NCBI GenBank assembly: GCA_965248755.1
Contig: OZ252149.1
Span: forward strand, 4,448,001-4,512,000
Source of the DNA: Candidatus Latescibacterota bacterium
GTDB lineage: Bacteria > Latescibacterota > CBDEFO01
DNA length: 64,000 nucleotides
Direction of reading: 5' to 3'
Shown here: one piece after another, positions 39,344-49,310 of the stretch
How positions within the stretch are numbered: the first letter of the stretch is position 1
Layout of the letters: every line of letters begins with the position of its first letter
Position numbers and translations under genes: made by a program
Notes under the pieces: model-generated
What the model saw: only the letters and a program-made list of their open reading frames with translations
Database searches by the model: none
Told to the model about the DNA's origin: nothing

Positions 39344-39967
39344 ATGAAACATCTTAACTTAGGTGTTCTCGCCTCCGGCGGGGGCACGAATCTTCAGACA
39401 ATAATTGACAATTGCCAAAAGGGTGCAATTGACGCGGAAGTGGGGGTTGTCATAAGTAATAATAGCAGCTCCGGGGCGTTGGAAAGGGCGCGAAAGCATG
39501 GCATTCCCGCTCTTCATATAAGCAGAATTAAGTTGGATTCAGACGATGAAGTAGATGAGACTATACTGCATGCCTTGGCAGACCACAATGTAGATTTGGT
39601 GGCATTGGCGGGATATATGAAGCGTATAGGAACAAAGGTTTTAGGTGCCTATCGAAACAGGATATTGAATATACATCCTGCTCTCCTTCCATCGTTCGGC
39701 GGGATGTACGGCCGTAGAGTGCACGAAGAGGTGGTAGAAAGCGGGGTTAAGGTCTCTGGGGTTACAGTGCATATTGTGGACCAGGAGTACGATCACGGTC
39801 CGATCGTGGCTCAAAGACCGGTTCCGGTATTGGATGACGATTCACCCGATGATCTTGGAGAGAGGGTGTTAAACGAGGAGCATAAGTTGTACTCTAAAGT
39901 GATTCAGTTGTTTGCCGAAGGGAGAATAAGAGTTCAAGGGAGAAAAGTAAAGATAGAGGAGCGCTAG
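39344..39967 (+). CDS. purN: Phosphoribosylglycinamide formyltransferase
   Basis: 'SGGGTNLQ', 'LAGYM', 'NIHPALLP', 'G.TVH.V...YDHGPI'. Confidence 0.96.
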   Translation: MKHLNLGVLASGGGTNLQTIIDNCQKGAIDAEVGVVISNNSSSGALERARKHGIPALHISRIKLDSDDEVDETILHALADHNVDLVALAGYMKRIGTKVLGAYRNRILNIHPALLPSFGGMYGRRVHEEVVESGVKVSGVTVHIVDQEYDHGPIVAQRPVPVLDDDSPDDLGERVLNEEHKLYSKVIQLFAEGRIRVQGRKVKIEER

Positions 39968-39969
39968 AA

Positions 39970-40614
39970 ATGGGCGATCTATGTGTGAAGGATGGGGAAA
40001 CCTTTCTCTTTATCGGAGACAGCATCACAGACTGTGGAAGACAGGAAGACAAAGCTCCTTATGGAGACGGATACGTCAGTCTCTTTATAGATATTGCGAC
40101 CAGCCGGTACCCTGATCGGAATATCACCTTTATCAACAAAGGGATCGGTGGCAATAGTGTAACGAGCTTGAAGGATCGCTGGGAAGCTGATGTGATCGCC
40201 GAGAACCCGGACTGGCTCTCTGTAAAGATAGGGATCAACGACATTCACTGCCACGTTCGCGGTGCGGACAATGCAGTCTCTCCTTCTCTATTCCGCCAGA
40301 CGTACGACTATATCCTCGGCCAGGCAGTGGAAAAAACAAGTGCTCAGCTTGTCCTGATAGATCCATTTTATATCAGCGCGGATCGTTCGGACCAGACGTT
40401 CGCGAGTAGTGTGATGGAGATTATTCCAGAGTATTTAAGGGTTGTCCACGATATGACCCAACAATACAAAACCCGACTCGTTAAGACTCATGATGTATTT
40501 CAGAAACACCTCAACTACAGGGGCCCGGAGACCTTCTGCCCCGAGCCTGTACATCCCAATCGTACAGGGCATGTAGTCATTGCAATGGAGTTGATGGATG
40601 TGCTGACATGGTGA
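39970..40614 (+). CDS. SGNH/GDSL hydrolase
   Basis: 'GDSITD', 'NKGIGG', 'GIND', 'VHPN..GH'. Confidence 0.9.
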   Translation: MGDLCVKDGETFLFIGDSITDCGRQEDKAPYGDGYVSLFIDIATSRYPDRNITFINKGIGGNSVTSLKDRWEADVIAENPDWLSVKIGINDIHCHVRGADNAVSPSLFRQTYDYILGQAVEKTSAQLVLIDPFYISADRSDQTFASSVMEIIPEYLRVVHDMTQQYKTRLVKTHDVFQKHLNYRGPETFCPEPVHPNRTGHVVIAMELMDVLTW

Positions 40615-40632
40615 TACAGATACAAGGACAAC

Positions 40633-41160
40633 TTGGACAAGGAGAAGGAAATCTCAGATAAGTTTGAGGTGATCAAGTTTTGTCCCAGATGCGGAGGGCA
40701 TCTGGAAAAGCGCATCTTAGATGGAATTGAAAGACCGGTGTGCAAGGACTGTAATTTTGTGTTTTATCTGAATCCTACTCCTGCGGCTGCGGTCGTGATA
40801 CTGAATGACACTAAGGTTTTGTTTGTAAAGAGGGCGTTTGAGCCTCGAAAACGGGCATGGTCTCTCCCTGCGGGGTTTGAGGAATACTTTGAGTCACCGG
40901 AAGAGTGCGCAATCAGGGAAGTAAAGGAGGAAACAGGGCTTGACGTGGGAAATCTGGAACTTTTGGGCGTATATTCAGGTAGTGAAGACCCGAGGACCAG
41001 AGTGGTGTTAATCGTGTATATTACCGACACCTGGCAGGGTGAGGTCACCCCAGGGGACGATGCAAGTGAGGCTAGGTGGTTTGACATAGATAGTCCTCCG
41101 AAAGATATAGCTTTCCGTAATCATCAAAGGGCCGTGGATGCAGCAAGGATCAGAATTTAG
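40633..41160 (+). CDS. NUDIX hydrolase with N-terminal zinc ribbon
   Basis: 'FCPRCG...C..C' and Nudix box 'G..E..ESPEECAIREVKEETG'. Confidence 0.92.
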   Translation: MDKEKEISDKFEVIKFCPRCGGHLEKRILDGIERPVCKDCNFVFYLNPTPAAAVVILNDTKVLFVKRAFEPRKRAWSLPAGFEEYFESPEECAIREVKEETGLDVGNLELLGVYSGSEDPRTRVVLIVYITDTWQGEVTPGDDASEARWFDIDSPPKDIAFRNHQRAVDAARIRI

Positions 41161-41170
41161 AGGGGATCAG

Positions 41171-41614
41171 TTGATAGGAAGGATACTGGGCATAGACTAT
41201 GGTGAAAGGAGGATAGGTATCGCCATAAGCGATCCCCTAGGGATAACAGCTCAGGGGCTGGAGACACTTGTCATAAGATCCAGAGATGAGGCCTTGGAAA
41301 AAATCGCCGGGATCGCGGAGGAAAAGGAGGCTGTGGAGTTAGTAGTGGGCATGCCTCTTAATATGGACGGGAGTACAGGAATAAAAGTTGAGGAAGTAAA
41401 AGTATTTGTGGAGGCCTTAAAGGAGAAAACGGGCTTAAAGATCAATGTATGGGACGAACGGATGACAACTATAGCAGCTCAAAGAGCAATGGGAGAGATG
41501 GGAATAAAGCTCAAAGGCAGGAAGAAAAACCTGGACAGGATAGCAGCAACCATGATCCTTCAGGGATATTTAGATAGGCTTTCGCGGAGCTCCGATGACG
41601 ATAAGGAGTCATAG
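41171..41614 (+). CDS. ruvX: Holliday junction resolvase-like protein RuvX/YqgF
   Basis: 'LGIDYGERRIGIAISD', 'VVGMP', 'WDERMTT', 'D..AA..ILQ'. Confidence 0.93.
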   Translation: MIGRILGIDYGERRIGIAISDPLGITAQGLETLVIRSRDEALEKIAGIAEEKEAVELVVGMPLNMDGSTGIKVEEVKVFVEALKEKTGLKINVWDERMTTIAAQRAMGEMGIKLKGRKKNLDRIAATMILQGYLDRLSRSSDDDKES

Positions 41615-42764
41615 AAGTAACATCCTGTTGCGGGCTGCAGACTTGGGGATCTTATCTTTGTCCGCAGTTGCAGTGCTAACCGCAACTTGGGCATTAGTTC
41701 TCGCTTCTTTTATGTACTATGCAATAACAGCGCCATTTAGGTTAGCGTTCCTGCTCGGCCGCGGTCGAGCAGGACTGGCTATCGGGGTATCTTGCATACT
41801 GGCCCTGGTTACAGTGATAATCTTAGCCTTCCTTTTGAACCTACCTGTAGGAAAAGACTTAAACAGGGAGGTTATAATTAGGAAGGGCCTGACATCAAAA
41901 GAAATAGGGAAGGCTTTAGAAACGGATGGAGTGATTAGAAGTTCTCTATTTTTCCTCTTGGCCGTGAAGGTTTTAGGAACAGAGGAGAGGATAAGGGCTG
42001 GGAGATATAGGCTGCCAGATTCGGAATCTACACTTTCGATAATAGACAGACTGATTGAGGGCGGCTACATAACTCAGAATGTGACAATCCCTGAGGGACT
42101 GACAAGGAGCGCTATAGCTGATATTCTGGAAGATAAGTTAGATTTGGACAAAGAAAGCTTCTTGAAGCTTTCAGACGATTCTACGTTTTGCAATAGCTTG
42201 GGGATAGAGGCTCAGAATCTGGAAGGCTATCTGTTTCCCGACACGTATAATTTCGACTCGCACGCGGATGAAGAAGCTGTGTTGAGGAGGATGGTGGGAA
42301 GATTCAAAGATGTGTTTGTAGATTCTCTTAAGGACAGGGCAAGAGAGTTAGGATTTTCGACACACCAGATAGTAACTCTGGCATCTACAATTGAAAAAGA
42401 GGCGGCAGTTCCTCCAGAAAGAGCGATTATCTCTGCGGTATTTCATAGAAGATTGAGATCGAAGATGCGTCTGGACGCGGACGTGACTTTGGAGTATGCG
42501 CTGGGCAGGAGAATGACGACAAAAGATAAGAAGCTACGGTCTCCTTATAATACGTATAAATACAGAGGTCTCTCTCCAGGCCCGATAGCAAATCCGGGTA
42601 AAGCCGCTATCCTGGCTGCTTTATATCCTGAGGACGTGGACTACCTCTATTTCGTGGCAAGAGGCGATGGAACTCACGTTTTCAGCAGGACGAACAGGGA
42701 GCACATAAACGCCAAGAACAGGATTAAGCGGGCACGGCGCGGGAGAGTCTCAAGTCGTCAGTGA
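41595..42764 (+). CDS. mltG: Endolytic transglycosylase MltG
   Basis: 'TIPEG', 'EGYLFPDTY', 'AS.IEKE', 'SPYNTY...GL.PGPI.NPG', 'YFVA'. Confidence 0.93.
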   Translation: MTIRSHRSNILLRAADLGILSLSAVAVLTATWALVLASFMYYAITAPFRLAFLLGRGRAGLAIGVSCILALVTVIILAFLLNLPVGKDLNREVIIRKGLTSKEIGKALETDGVIRSSLFFLLAVKVLGTEERIRAGRYRLPDSESTLSIIDRLIEGGYITQNVTIPEGLTRSAIADILEDKLDLDKESFLKLSDDSTFCNSLGIEAQNLEGYLFPDTYNFDSHADEEAVLRRMVGRFKDVFVDSLKDRARELGFSTHQIVTLASTIEKEAAVPPERAIISAVFHRRLRSKMRLDADVTLEYALGRRMTTKDKKLRSPYNTYKYRGLSPGPIANPGKAAILAALYPEDVDYLYFVARGDGTHVFSRTNREHINAKNRIKRARRGRVSSRQ

Positions 42765-42796
42765 GCGGAGATGGTGTCTCTGCATAAAGTCAGTAG

Positions 42797-43027
42797 GTGT
42801 CGATAATGGCAAAGGATACCAGAGAGATCGAGGAGGAAACCGAGAACAGATTGGTCCTACTCAGCATATCCCGCGGAACAATATATCAGATCATAGACTC
42901 TTCAATTCTACTATTCATTGTCGTACTATTGCTGATCTTCTGGGTGAACAAAGCCGATTCTATTTCGTTCAGTTTTATTCTTATCGGTTTCATATTGGTT
43001 TCTGGCCTCGCCGCAAGCTGGAAGTGA
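42797..43027 (+). CDS. Small hypothetical membrane protein
   Basis: Two hydrophobic helices, co-oriented in the operon. Confidence 0.45.
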   Translation: MSIMAKDTREIEEETENRLVLLSISRGTIYQIIDSSILLFIVVLLLIFWVNKADSISFSFILIGFILVSGLAASWK

Positions 43028-43455
43028 AGAAAAGTCTTCTGGTACCCGCTAAAGTCACAGTGTTGTCATTGCCTGAACTGATTGGAGTATTTTTTGTAAA
43101 GACCGTTATATATGTGACGAGCATATTTGGCGGGGGGGCGGGGTCCTCTGGTATGGGAGGGCGGCAGGAGGAAATTAATGGACGGAATGTAGTCATGTTG
43201 ACGAGGACCAAGAGGGATTATAATAGTACTGTGCTTTATTTCGTAAGTGGGTTTTTGGATGATCAGGACAGGGCTATAGTGAGAAAAATCACTGAATTTC
43301 TGGAGACGAAAGCCATTGTTGAGAGTACGGTGTCCTGCGATGCTGAAGCGTTTCAGGTTTTTTCAGGCAAAGACCTGGGTCCGGAGATTAAGGTGGAAGA
43401 TTTATCCAAAGCAGAGCTGGGAGATATAGATGAAATCTGTCTCAATTTTAGATAG
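43024..43455 (+). CDS. Hypothetical protein (start uncertain)
   Basis: Fills the gap before pcrA and overlaps its start. No recognised motif. Confidence 0.4.
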   Translation: MKKSLLVPAKVTVLSLPELIGVFFVKTVIYVTSIFGGGAGSSGMGGRQEEINGRNVVMLTRTKRDYNSTVLYFVSGFLDDQDRAIVRKITEFLETKAIVESTVSCDAEAFQVFSGKDLGPEIKVEDLSKAELGDIDEICLNFR

Positions 43456-45619
43456 TCTAAATCCTATGCAGCGTGAAGCTGCGCAGGTTGTAGATGGACC
43501 TGTGTTGATATTGGCGGGCGCAGGGAGCGGTAAGACGAGGTGCCTTACCCACAGGATAGCCTATCTTATGGGAGAGATAAGCATAGACCCGAAGAACATC
43601 CTTGCGGTTACGTTCACGAATAAGGCTGCAAATGAGATGAAGGAAAGGGTGCAAGGGCTGATAGGGATGGCGGTGAAGGATATGTGGATAGGGACTTTTC
43701 ACTCTATGTGTGCCAGGATATTGAGGATTGAGGCGGAACATGTAGGTTATAATAGAAACTTTACGATATACGATTCTAACGATCAACTCTCCTTAGTCAA
43801 GAAGATTATGAGGAATCTTGGGGTTCCGGAGAGTCAGGTTCATCCTTCTGCTGCAAGGGGAAGAATAAGCAGGCTGAAGAATTCTATGATCGAAGCAGCG
43901 GAGTTTGAGTCCTCTGCAACGACTTACGCTGATGAGATCATAGCAAAGATATACAGGCAGTATCAGGTTTCCCTGAGGGGGAATGGGGCTTTCGATTTCG
44001 ACGACCTGCTTTGGGAGCCTGTAAGGATATTCAGTGAGTATCCCGATATTTTGAGTAAGTATCAAAGAAAATTCAGATATATACTGGTAGATGAGTACCA
44101 GGATACGAATAGACCTCAGTACGCGTTGACAAAAATATTAGCGCAGAAGCACAGAAATATATGCGTTGTAGGAGACGACGATCAGTCTATCTATTCGTTT
44201 CGCGGAGCAGATCTCAATAATATTCTTGACTTTGAGAAGGACTACCAGGACGTTAGAGTCATAAGGCTTGAACAAAACTACCGTTCAACGGAAAATATAC
44301 TGGCCCTGGGCAATGCAGTCGTAAGCAATAATAAGGGTAGGAGAGGTAAAGAGCTCTGGACAGATAGAGGGCAGGGCGAGAGAGTAGGCTTCCTGAATTG
44401 TGAGGATGAGAGGGACGAGGGGAGAAGGATAACAGGGGTTATAGGTGATGAATTATCAAAAAATGGGCGGTCATTAGGAGACTTTGCGCTTTTGTACAGG
44501 ACAAACGCTCAATCCAGAGCTCTGGAGGATGCGTTCAGGTCTGCCAGGATTCCGTATGTGATAGTAGGTGGAGTAAAGTTCTATGAGCGAAAGGAAATCA
44601 AGGATGCGCTGGCTTACTTAAGGGTCATAGCGAATCAGAGAGATTCCGTGAACTTAAGGCGCATCATCAATATTCCCAAAAGGGGTATAGGCGATACTAC
44701 TGTCGAGAGATTAGAGACATTTGGCTTAAGAAATGGATTGTCTCTCTTTGAGGTTTTAGGGAGGCTGGATGAGATTGAGGAACTAACCCCAGCAGCAAGG
44801 AAGAGGATCACTGACTTTAAGAGCATGATAGAGGAGTTTATTGCCCGGAAAGAACAGGTAGAGATGGATATTTTGGTGAGGGATGTGGTGTCAAGGACAG
44901 GATATTTCGATGAGCTGAGGTCTGAAGGGACAATTGAGGCGGAGTCGAGAACAGAAAATGTGGAGGAGTTGCTGTCCGCTGTCGTGGATTTTTCTGAGAG
45001 GCGAGATGACGCGTCTTTGGAGGCATTCTTAGAGGAGGTGTCGCTGGTCACTGATATTGACAGGTCGGACGATCAAAAGGATGCAGTAACGATGATGACG
45101 CTGCACAGTGCAAAAGGTCTGGAATTTCCAGTTGTGTTCATAACCGGATTAGAGGACAGGCTCCTTCCACTGTCCAGGAGCATAGAGAACAAGGATGAGC
45201 TGGAGGAGGAGCGGAGATTATTCTACGTGGGGATTACGAGGGCAAAGGAGCGCCTATTGTTATCTGCCGCAAGCCAGCGTTCACGTTTCGGCTATAGGAC
45301 GTGGAGCGAGCCATCTCGTTTTTTGGGTGAGATTCCGCCGGATTTGATTGAAGGAACTGTGAGAATTGCCAGAGAAGACTATCTCGTGGAGGATGATGAT
45401 TTAAAGAAGCGTGATTCAAGTGATGACCTATATGCTGACCCGTACGATACGTCATGGCTGGACGTGGGCAAGTTGGTGATACATCCAGATTGGGGCAGTG
45501 GCAAGGTATTGGAGAGAAGCGGTAGGAGAGAGAACACAAAGTTAGTGGTCAAGTTCAAGACTTCACAGAAGAGGCTGTTGGTCAAATATGCCAAGTTGAG
45601 ACCGGGAGAGGCAGTCTAA
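43430..45619 (+). CDS. pcrA: ATP-dependent DNA helicase PcrA/UvrD
   Basis: 'AGAGSGKT', 'TFTNKAA', 'DEYQD', 'GDDDQSIY', 'LEQNYRS', 'HSAKGLEF', 'EERRLFYVGITRA', C-terminal Tudor-like domain. Confidence 0.95.
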   Translation: MKSVSILDSLNPMQREAAQVVDGPVLILAGAGSGKTRCLTHRIAYLMGEISIDPKNILAVTFTNKAANEMKERVQGLIGMAVKDMWIGTFHSMCARILRIEAEHVGYNRNFTIYDSNDQLSLVKKIMRNLGVPESQVHPSAARGRISRLKNSMIEAAEFESSATTYADEIIAKIYRQYQVSLRGNGAFDFDDLLWEPVRIFSEYPDILSKYQRKFRYILVDEYQDTNRPQYALTKILAQKHRNICVVGDDDQSIYSFRGADLNNILDFEKDYQDVRVIRLEQNYRSTENILALGNAVVSNNKGRRGKELWTDRGQGERVGFLNCEDERDEGRRITGVIGDELSKNGRSLGDFALLYRTNAQSRALEDAFRSARIPYVIVGGVKFYERKEIKDALAYLRVIANQRDSVNLRRIINIPKRGIGDTTVERLETFGLRNGLSLFEVLGRLDEIEELTPAARKRITDFKSMIEEFIARKEQVEMDILVRDVVSRTGYFDELRSEGTIEAESRTENVEELLSAVVDFSERRDDASLEAFLEEVSLVTDIDRSDDQKDAVTMMTLHSAKGLEFPVVFITGLEDRLLPLSRSIENKDELEEERRLFYVGITRAKERLLLSAASQRSRFGYRTWSEPSRFLGEIPPDLIEGTVRIAREDYLVEDDDLKKRDSSDDLYADPYDTSWLDVGKLVIHPDWGSGKVLERSGRRENTKLVVKFKTSQKRLLVKYAKLRPGEAV

Positions 45620-45622
45620 GTC

Positions 45623-45651
45623 AGATTGCCTGCGCTTAAGCTCGCAATGAC
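45623..45651. repeat. REP-like element
   Basis: AGATTGC...CTCGCAATGAC. Confidence 0.65.
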
Positions 45652-45715
45652 GACTTAGTGAGAAGATATACCCTCTGTTTAGTTATGTAGAGCGCGACAA
45701 GAAGGAGCATGAGCT

Positions 45716-46003
45716 ATGGCCGTTACGGTAGACGACGTTGACAAGGTAGCCTCCCTGTCAAGGTTATCATTTTCAGATGATGAGAGACGAAGGTTAGTGG
45801 ATGACCTGAACAGAATCCTTGAGTATATGGATCAGTTGAACGAGCTGAACACTGAGGATGTCGAGCCTACAGCTTACGTTCTTTCGATGAGCAACGTGTT
45901 TCGGGAGGATGTAGAGAAGCCTTCTATGCCGAAGGAGAAGTTGCTGGCGAACGCTCCGAGTCAGGAGAAGGGCTACTTCAAGGTGCCGCAGGTGATCGAG
46001 TAA
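45716..46003 (+). CDS. gatC: Asp/Glu-tRNA amidotransferase subunit C
   Basis: 'VA.L.RL', 'IL.Y..QL.E', 'FRED', 'NAP', 'YFKVP.VIE'. Confidence 0.93.
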   Translation: MAVTVDDVDKVASLSRLSFSDDERRRLVDDLNRILEYMDQLNELNTEDVEPTAYVLSMSNVFREDVEKPSMPKEKLLANAPSQEKGYFKVPQVIE

Positions 46004-46764
46004 TGGGACGGACGGCTGTGATAATTCCCGCACGATACGAGTCGAAAAGACTCCGAGGGAAGGCCCTTTTGAGAATTGCGGGTAAGCCGATGATAGAACA
46101 CGTTTACAAGAGGGCGTGCAAGGCTTGTGTGGCATCTGATGTCATCGTAGCTACGGATGATATAAGGATAAAGGAGGCAGTTGAAGGTTTCGGTGGGATA
46201 GCGGTTATGACTTCTTCTGAGCACAAAAGTGGTACGGACAGGATAGCTGAGGTTGTGGAGTCGTTGAAGGATGTAGAAATAGTTGTAAATGTTCAAGGGG
46301 ATGAGCCGCTAATTGATCCGAGTGTGATAGATCTTGTGGCCCATCCACTTATCAGGGATAGAAATATAGTAATGGGAACAGCAGCGTACAAGATCAGATC
46401 TTTAGAGGAACTATTAAGCACAAATGTAGTTAAGGTGGTCGTTGATAGAGAGGGCTTCGCCCTTTATTTCTCAAGAGCACCGATTCCTTTCATCAGAGAT
46501 ATTGAAGATAGACCTCACGTGATGGACGGATATTGCTTCCTGGGACACATAGGTATATATTCTTATAGGAGACACTTTCTTTTGGAGTTTGCTCGTATGG
46601 AGCCTGCACCTTTAGAAGATATCGAAAGGTTAGAACAGATGAGAGCGTTGGAGAATGGATATAAAATATATGTGTCCAGGACAGAGGTCAGGTCTGTGGG
46701 TGTGGATACAACGGAGGATTTAGAGAGGGTAAGGAGGGGGCTAAGTCGTTGTGACACAAGCTGA
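46003..46764 (+). CDS. kdsB: 3-deoxy-manno-octulosonate cytidylyltransferase
   Basis: 'IIPARY.S.RL.GK', 'SGTDR', 'NVQGDEP', 'YFSRAPIP', 'LEQMRALENG'. Confidence 0.96.
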   Translation: MGRTAVIIPARYESKRLRGKALLRIAGKPMIEHVYKRACKACVASDVIVATDDIRIKEAVEGFGGIAVMTSSEHKSGTDRIAEVVESLKDVEIVVNVQGDEPLIDPSVIDLVAHPLIRDRNIVMGTAAYKIRSLEELLSTNVVKVVVDREGFALYFSRAPIPFIRDIEDRPHVMDGYCFLGHIGIYSYRRHFLLEFARMEPAPLEDIERLEQMRALENGYKIYVSRTEVRSVGVDTTEDLERVRRGLSRCDTS

Positions 46765-46793
46765 GGAATCGATCTGATACGCTTAGAAATCCA

Positions 46794-47477
46794 GTGTCAG
46801 AAGGAGATGTAGTGAAACTCTATCTTATTAGGCACGGGCAAGCAAGATATTTTGGGGATGACGGGAAGATACAGAACAGTCAGGGCTTTCTGACCGAATT
46901 AGGTCATCGTCAAGCAGAGAGGGTGGGGGAGCGTTTCAGGGATTCTAACGTAGATTATCTCTACAGCAGCCCCTTGAAGAGAGTTCAGGAGACTGTGAGC
47001 TATCTGTCTCGAGCTCTGGGAAAGTCCCCGGAGTTTCTTGAATGGTTGAGGGAAATCAGCGTGGGCGATTTTGATGGATGGGCGGAGCCTATGGTTCGAA
47101 AGCATCTTGAGGAGGTAGCACTAAGGCCGCTTGCAGAGTGGTGGGACGGATACCCGAGGGGGGAGACCTTTAGGGAGTTCCACAAGAGGGTGACAAGAGG
47201 GTTAGACGATCTTCTGAAAAGCCACAGCGTGGAAAAAGATGGAGATTCTTATAGAATGTTGGGAGAGCAGGATCAGCGTCTGTGTCTGGTCTGTCATGCG
47301 GGGACGATTTCAGTTATTGTTAGCTATCTTCTGGAGTTGCAGCCTGTGCCCTGGGAATGGCATAGATTCTCCTCAGAGAACACCGGGGTATCCTGTATTC
47401 AATTCGGGAGAGTTGCAGACGCACTTAAGCCCTCTTTGATCTTTTTTAATTCCATTTCTCATCTGAACGGCATTTAG
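46794..47477 (+). CDS. Histidine phosphatase family protein
   Basis: 'LIRHGQ', 'SSPL.R..ET', 'CHAG'. Confidence 0.9.
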   Translation: MSEGDVVKLYLIRHGQARYFGDDGKIQNSQGFLTELGHRQAERVGERFRDSNVDYLYSSPLKRVQETVSYLSRALGKSPEFLEWLREISVGDFDGWAEPMVRKHLEEVALRPLAEWWDGYPRGETFREFHKRVTRGLDDLLKSHSVEKDGDSYRMLGEQDQRLCLVCHAGTISVIVSYLLELQPVPWEWHRFSSENTGVSCIQFGRVADALKPSLIFFNSISHLNGI

Positions 47478-47511
47478 GTCGTTTAAAGCGTGATGTACAG
47501 GAGGAAGGAAA

Positions 47512-49302
47512 TTGAACCCTAAATATGAGGGCCCAAGATTAATCGTAGTAGCAGGCGGGGTTATTAGTGGTGTGGGCAAGGGAATCGCTACGGCTTCGAT
47601 CGGGAAGATATTGCAGCAGTACGGCTACAGCGCAACTGCAATCAAAATTGACCCATACATAAATTACGATGCAGGGACGCTGAGGCCTACAGAGCACGGT
47701 GAGGTGTGGGTGACAGATGACGGCGGAGAGATAGACCAGGATCTGGGGAATTACGAGAGACTATTGGGGATTGACATCCCGAAGCGGAATAATCTGACGA
47801 CAGGACAGATATACCGGACGGTGATAAATAGGGAAAGGGGAGGGGAGTATCTGGGACAGACGGTTCGACCTATTCCCCATATTACAGATGAGATTAAGAG
47901 GAGAGTCTTAGAATCGGCTGTGGGATTTGATATAGCTCTGGTGGAAGTGGGTGGGACAGTAGGGGACGACGAAAACGAACCTTTTTTATTTGCGATGAAG
48001 GGTCTGGAAAGAGAAATAGGGGAGAAGAATGTCATCTATATCCTCGTTACCTACCTTCCAGTGCCGTCTCATATTGGGGAGATGAAGACGAAGCCGACTC
48101 AACAGGCAATTAAGCTTCTAAGTGAGCATGGCATCTTTCCCAATTTTGTCCTGTGTCGGGCAAATGAGCCTTTGGATGAGGTAAGGAAGAAAAAGATAGA
48201 GATTTCCTCGAATATAGCGGCTGATTCTGTGATTTCAGCTCCAGATATCCAGACCCTGTACGATATTCCACTAAATTTGGAGAAGGACGGCATTGGTAGG
48301 AAAATCCTGGAAAAGTTCGGCCTGGAGCCTAGAAAGTCGCCGGATTGGACGAACTGGCAAAGTCTGGTAAGGAGAATAAGAAATCCTTCTAAGACTCTGC
48401 GTGTGGCGATGGTAGGAAAGTACGTGGATATAGGGGACTATAGTCTAATGGATTCTTACATATCTATAAACCAGTCTTTAGAGCATGCGGGAGCGGCGTT
48501 CGACGTCGGGATCGATATCGATTGGATAGACTCTAAAGGGATAGAAGAAGACGATAAGGGGACTGAGAGTCTGAAGGAATTCGACGGAATTATAGTTCCA
48601 GGGGGGTTCGGAGGAAGAGGTGTGGAGGGTAAGATAGAGGCTATCAAGTTTGTGCGGGAGAACAACACACCGTTCTTGGGATTGTGTTATGGGCTTCAAC
48701 TTGCTGTGGTGGAGTTCGCAAGGAACGTCTGCGGGATGAACGGTGCCCATACCACAGAAATAGATCCCTCGACAGAGTACGCCGTTATAGATACTCAGCC
48801 GGGTCAAAGGGAAGTTATAGAAAAGAGTGAATATGGAGGGACCATGAGGCTTGGGGCGTACGCGGCTGTGTTGAAGAAGGGGAGTCTGGTCTATGAACTC
48901 TATAAGAAGTCCAGCCGTCTGGAGGAGGACTCAGAGAAAATTAAAACCATCAAAAAAGATAAGGATCAGGTGTTCAGACTGGGCTTGCTTCACAAGTGGG
49001 AGGATGCAGTTTTAGAAAGACACAGACACCGGTACGAGGTCTCTCCACTTTTTATTGAGCTTTTTGAGGATTATGGACTGGTGTTTTCAGGATATCACAA
49101 AGGGCTGGATGGCGTCAAGTTGATGGAGTTCGTAGAACTTCCAAAACACAGATTTTTCGTGGCAACTCAGGCACATCCAGAGTTTAAGTCGAGGCTGGAA
49201 AAGCCCGCCCCACTCTTTTTGGGATTCGTGGAGGGAATGCTAAAGTGCCAAGCCGAATATGAGGTAAAAGATGAGTTACATTCTACACTAAAGACAAGGT
49301 AA
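47512..49302 (+). CDS. pyrG: CTP synthase (divergent type)
   Basis: 'GGVISGVGKG', 'KIDPY', 'KTKPTQ', 'PGGFG', 'CYGLQ', 'RHRHRYE', 'HPEF'. Confidence 0.95.
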   Translation: MNPKYEGPRLIVVAGGVISGVGKGIATASIGKILQQYGYSATAIKIDPYINYDAGTLRPTEHGEVWVTDDGGEIDQDLGNYERLLGIDIPKRNNLTTGQIYRTVINRERGGEYLGQTVRPIPHITDEIKRRVLESAVGFDIALVEVGGTVGDDENEPFLFAMKGLEREIGEKNVIYILVTYLPVPSHIGEMKTKPTQQAIKLLSEHGIFPNFVLCRANEPLDEVRKKKIEISSNIAADSVISAPDIQTLYDIPLNLEKDGIGRKILEKFGLEPRKSPDWTNWQSLVRRIRNPSKTLRVAMVGKYVDIGDYSLMDSYISINQSLEHAGAAFDVGIDIDWIDSKGIEEDDKGTESLKEFDGIIVPGGFGGRGVEGKIEAIKFVRENNTPFLGLCYGLQLAVVEFARNVCGMNGAHTTEIDPSTEYAVIDTQPGQREVIEKSEYGGTMRLGAYAAVLKKGSLVYELYKKSSRLEEDSEKIKTIKKDKDQVFRLGLLHKWEDAVLERHRHRYEVSPLFIELFEDYGLVFSGYHKGLDGVKLMEFVELPKHRFFVATQAHPEFKSRLEKPAPLFLGFVEGMLKCQAEYEVKDELHSTLKTR

Positions 49303-49310
49303 GTTTATAG

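Noticed and set aside
45716..46003. gatC without gatA/gatB as an anomaly
   Set aside because: Split gat genes are common, and the partners are probably elsewhere in the genome.
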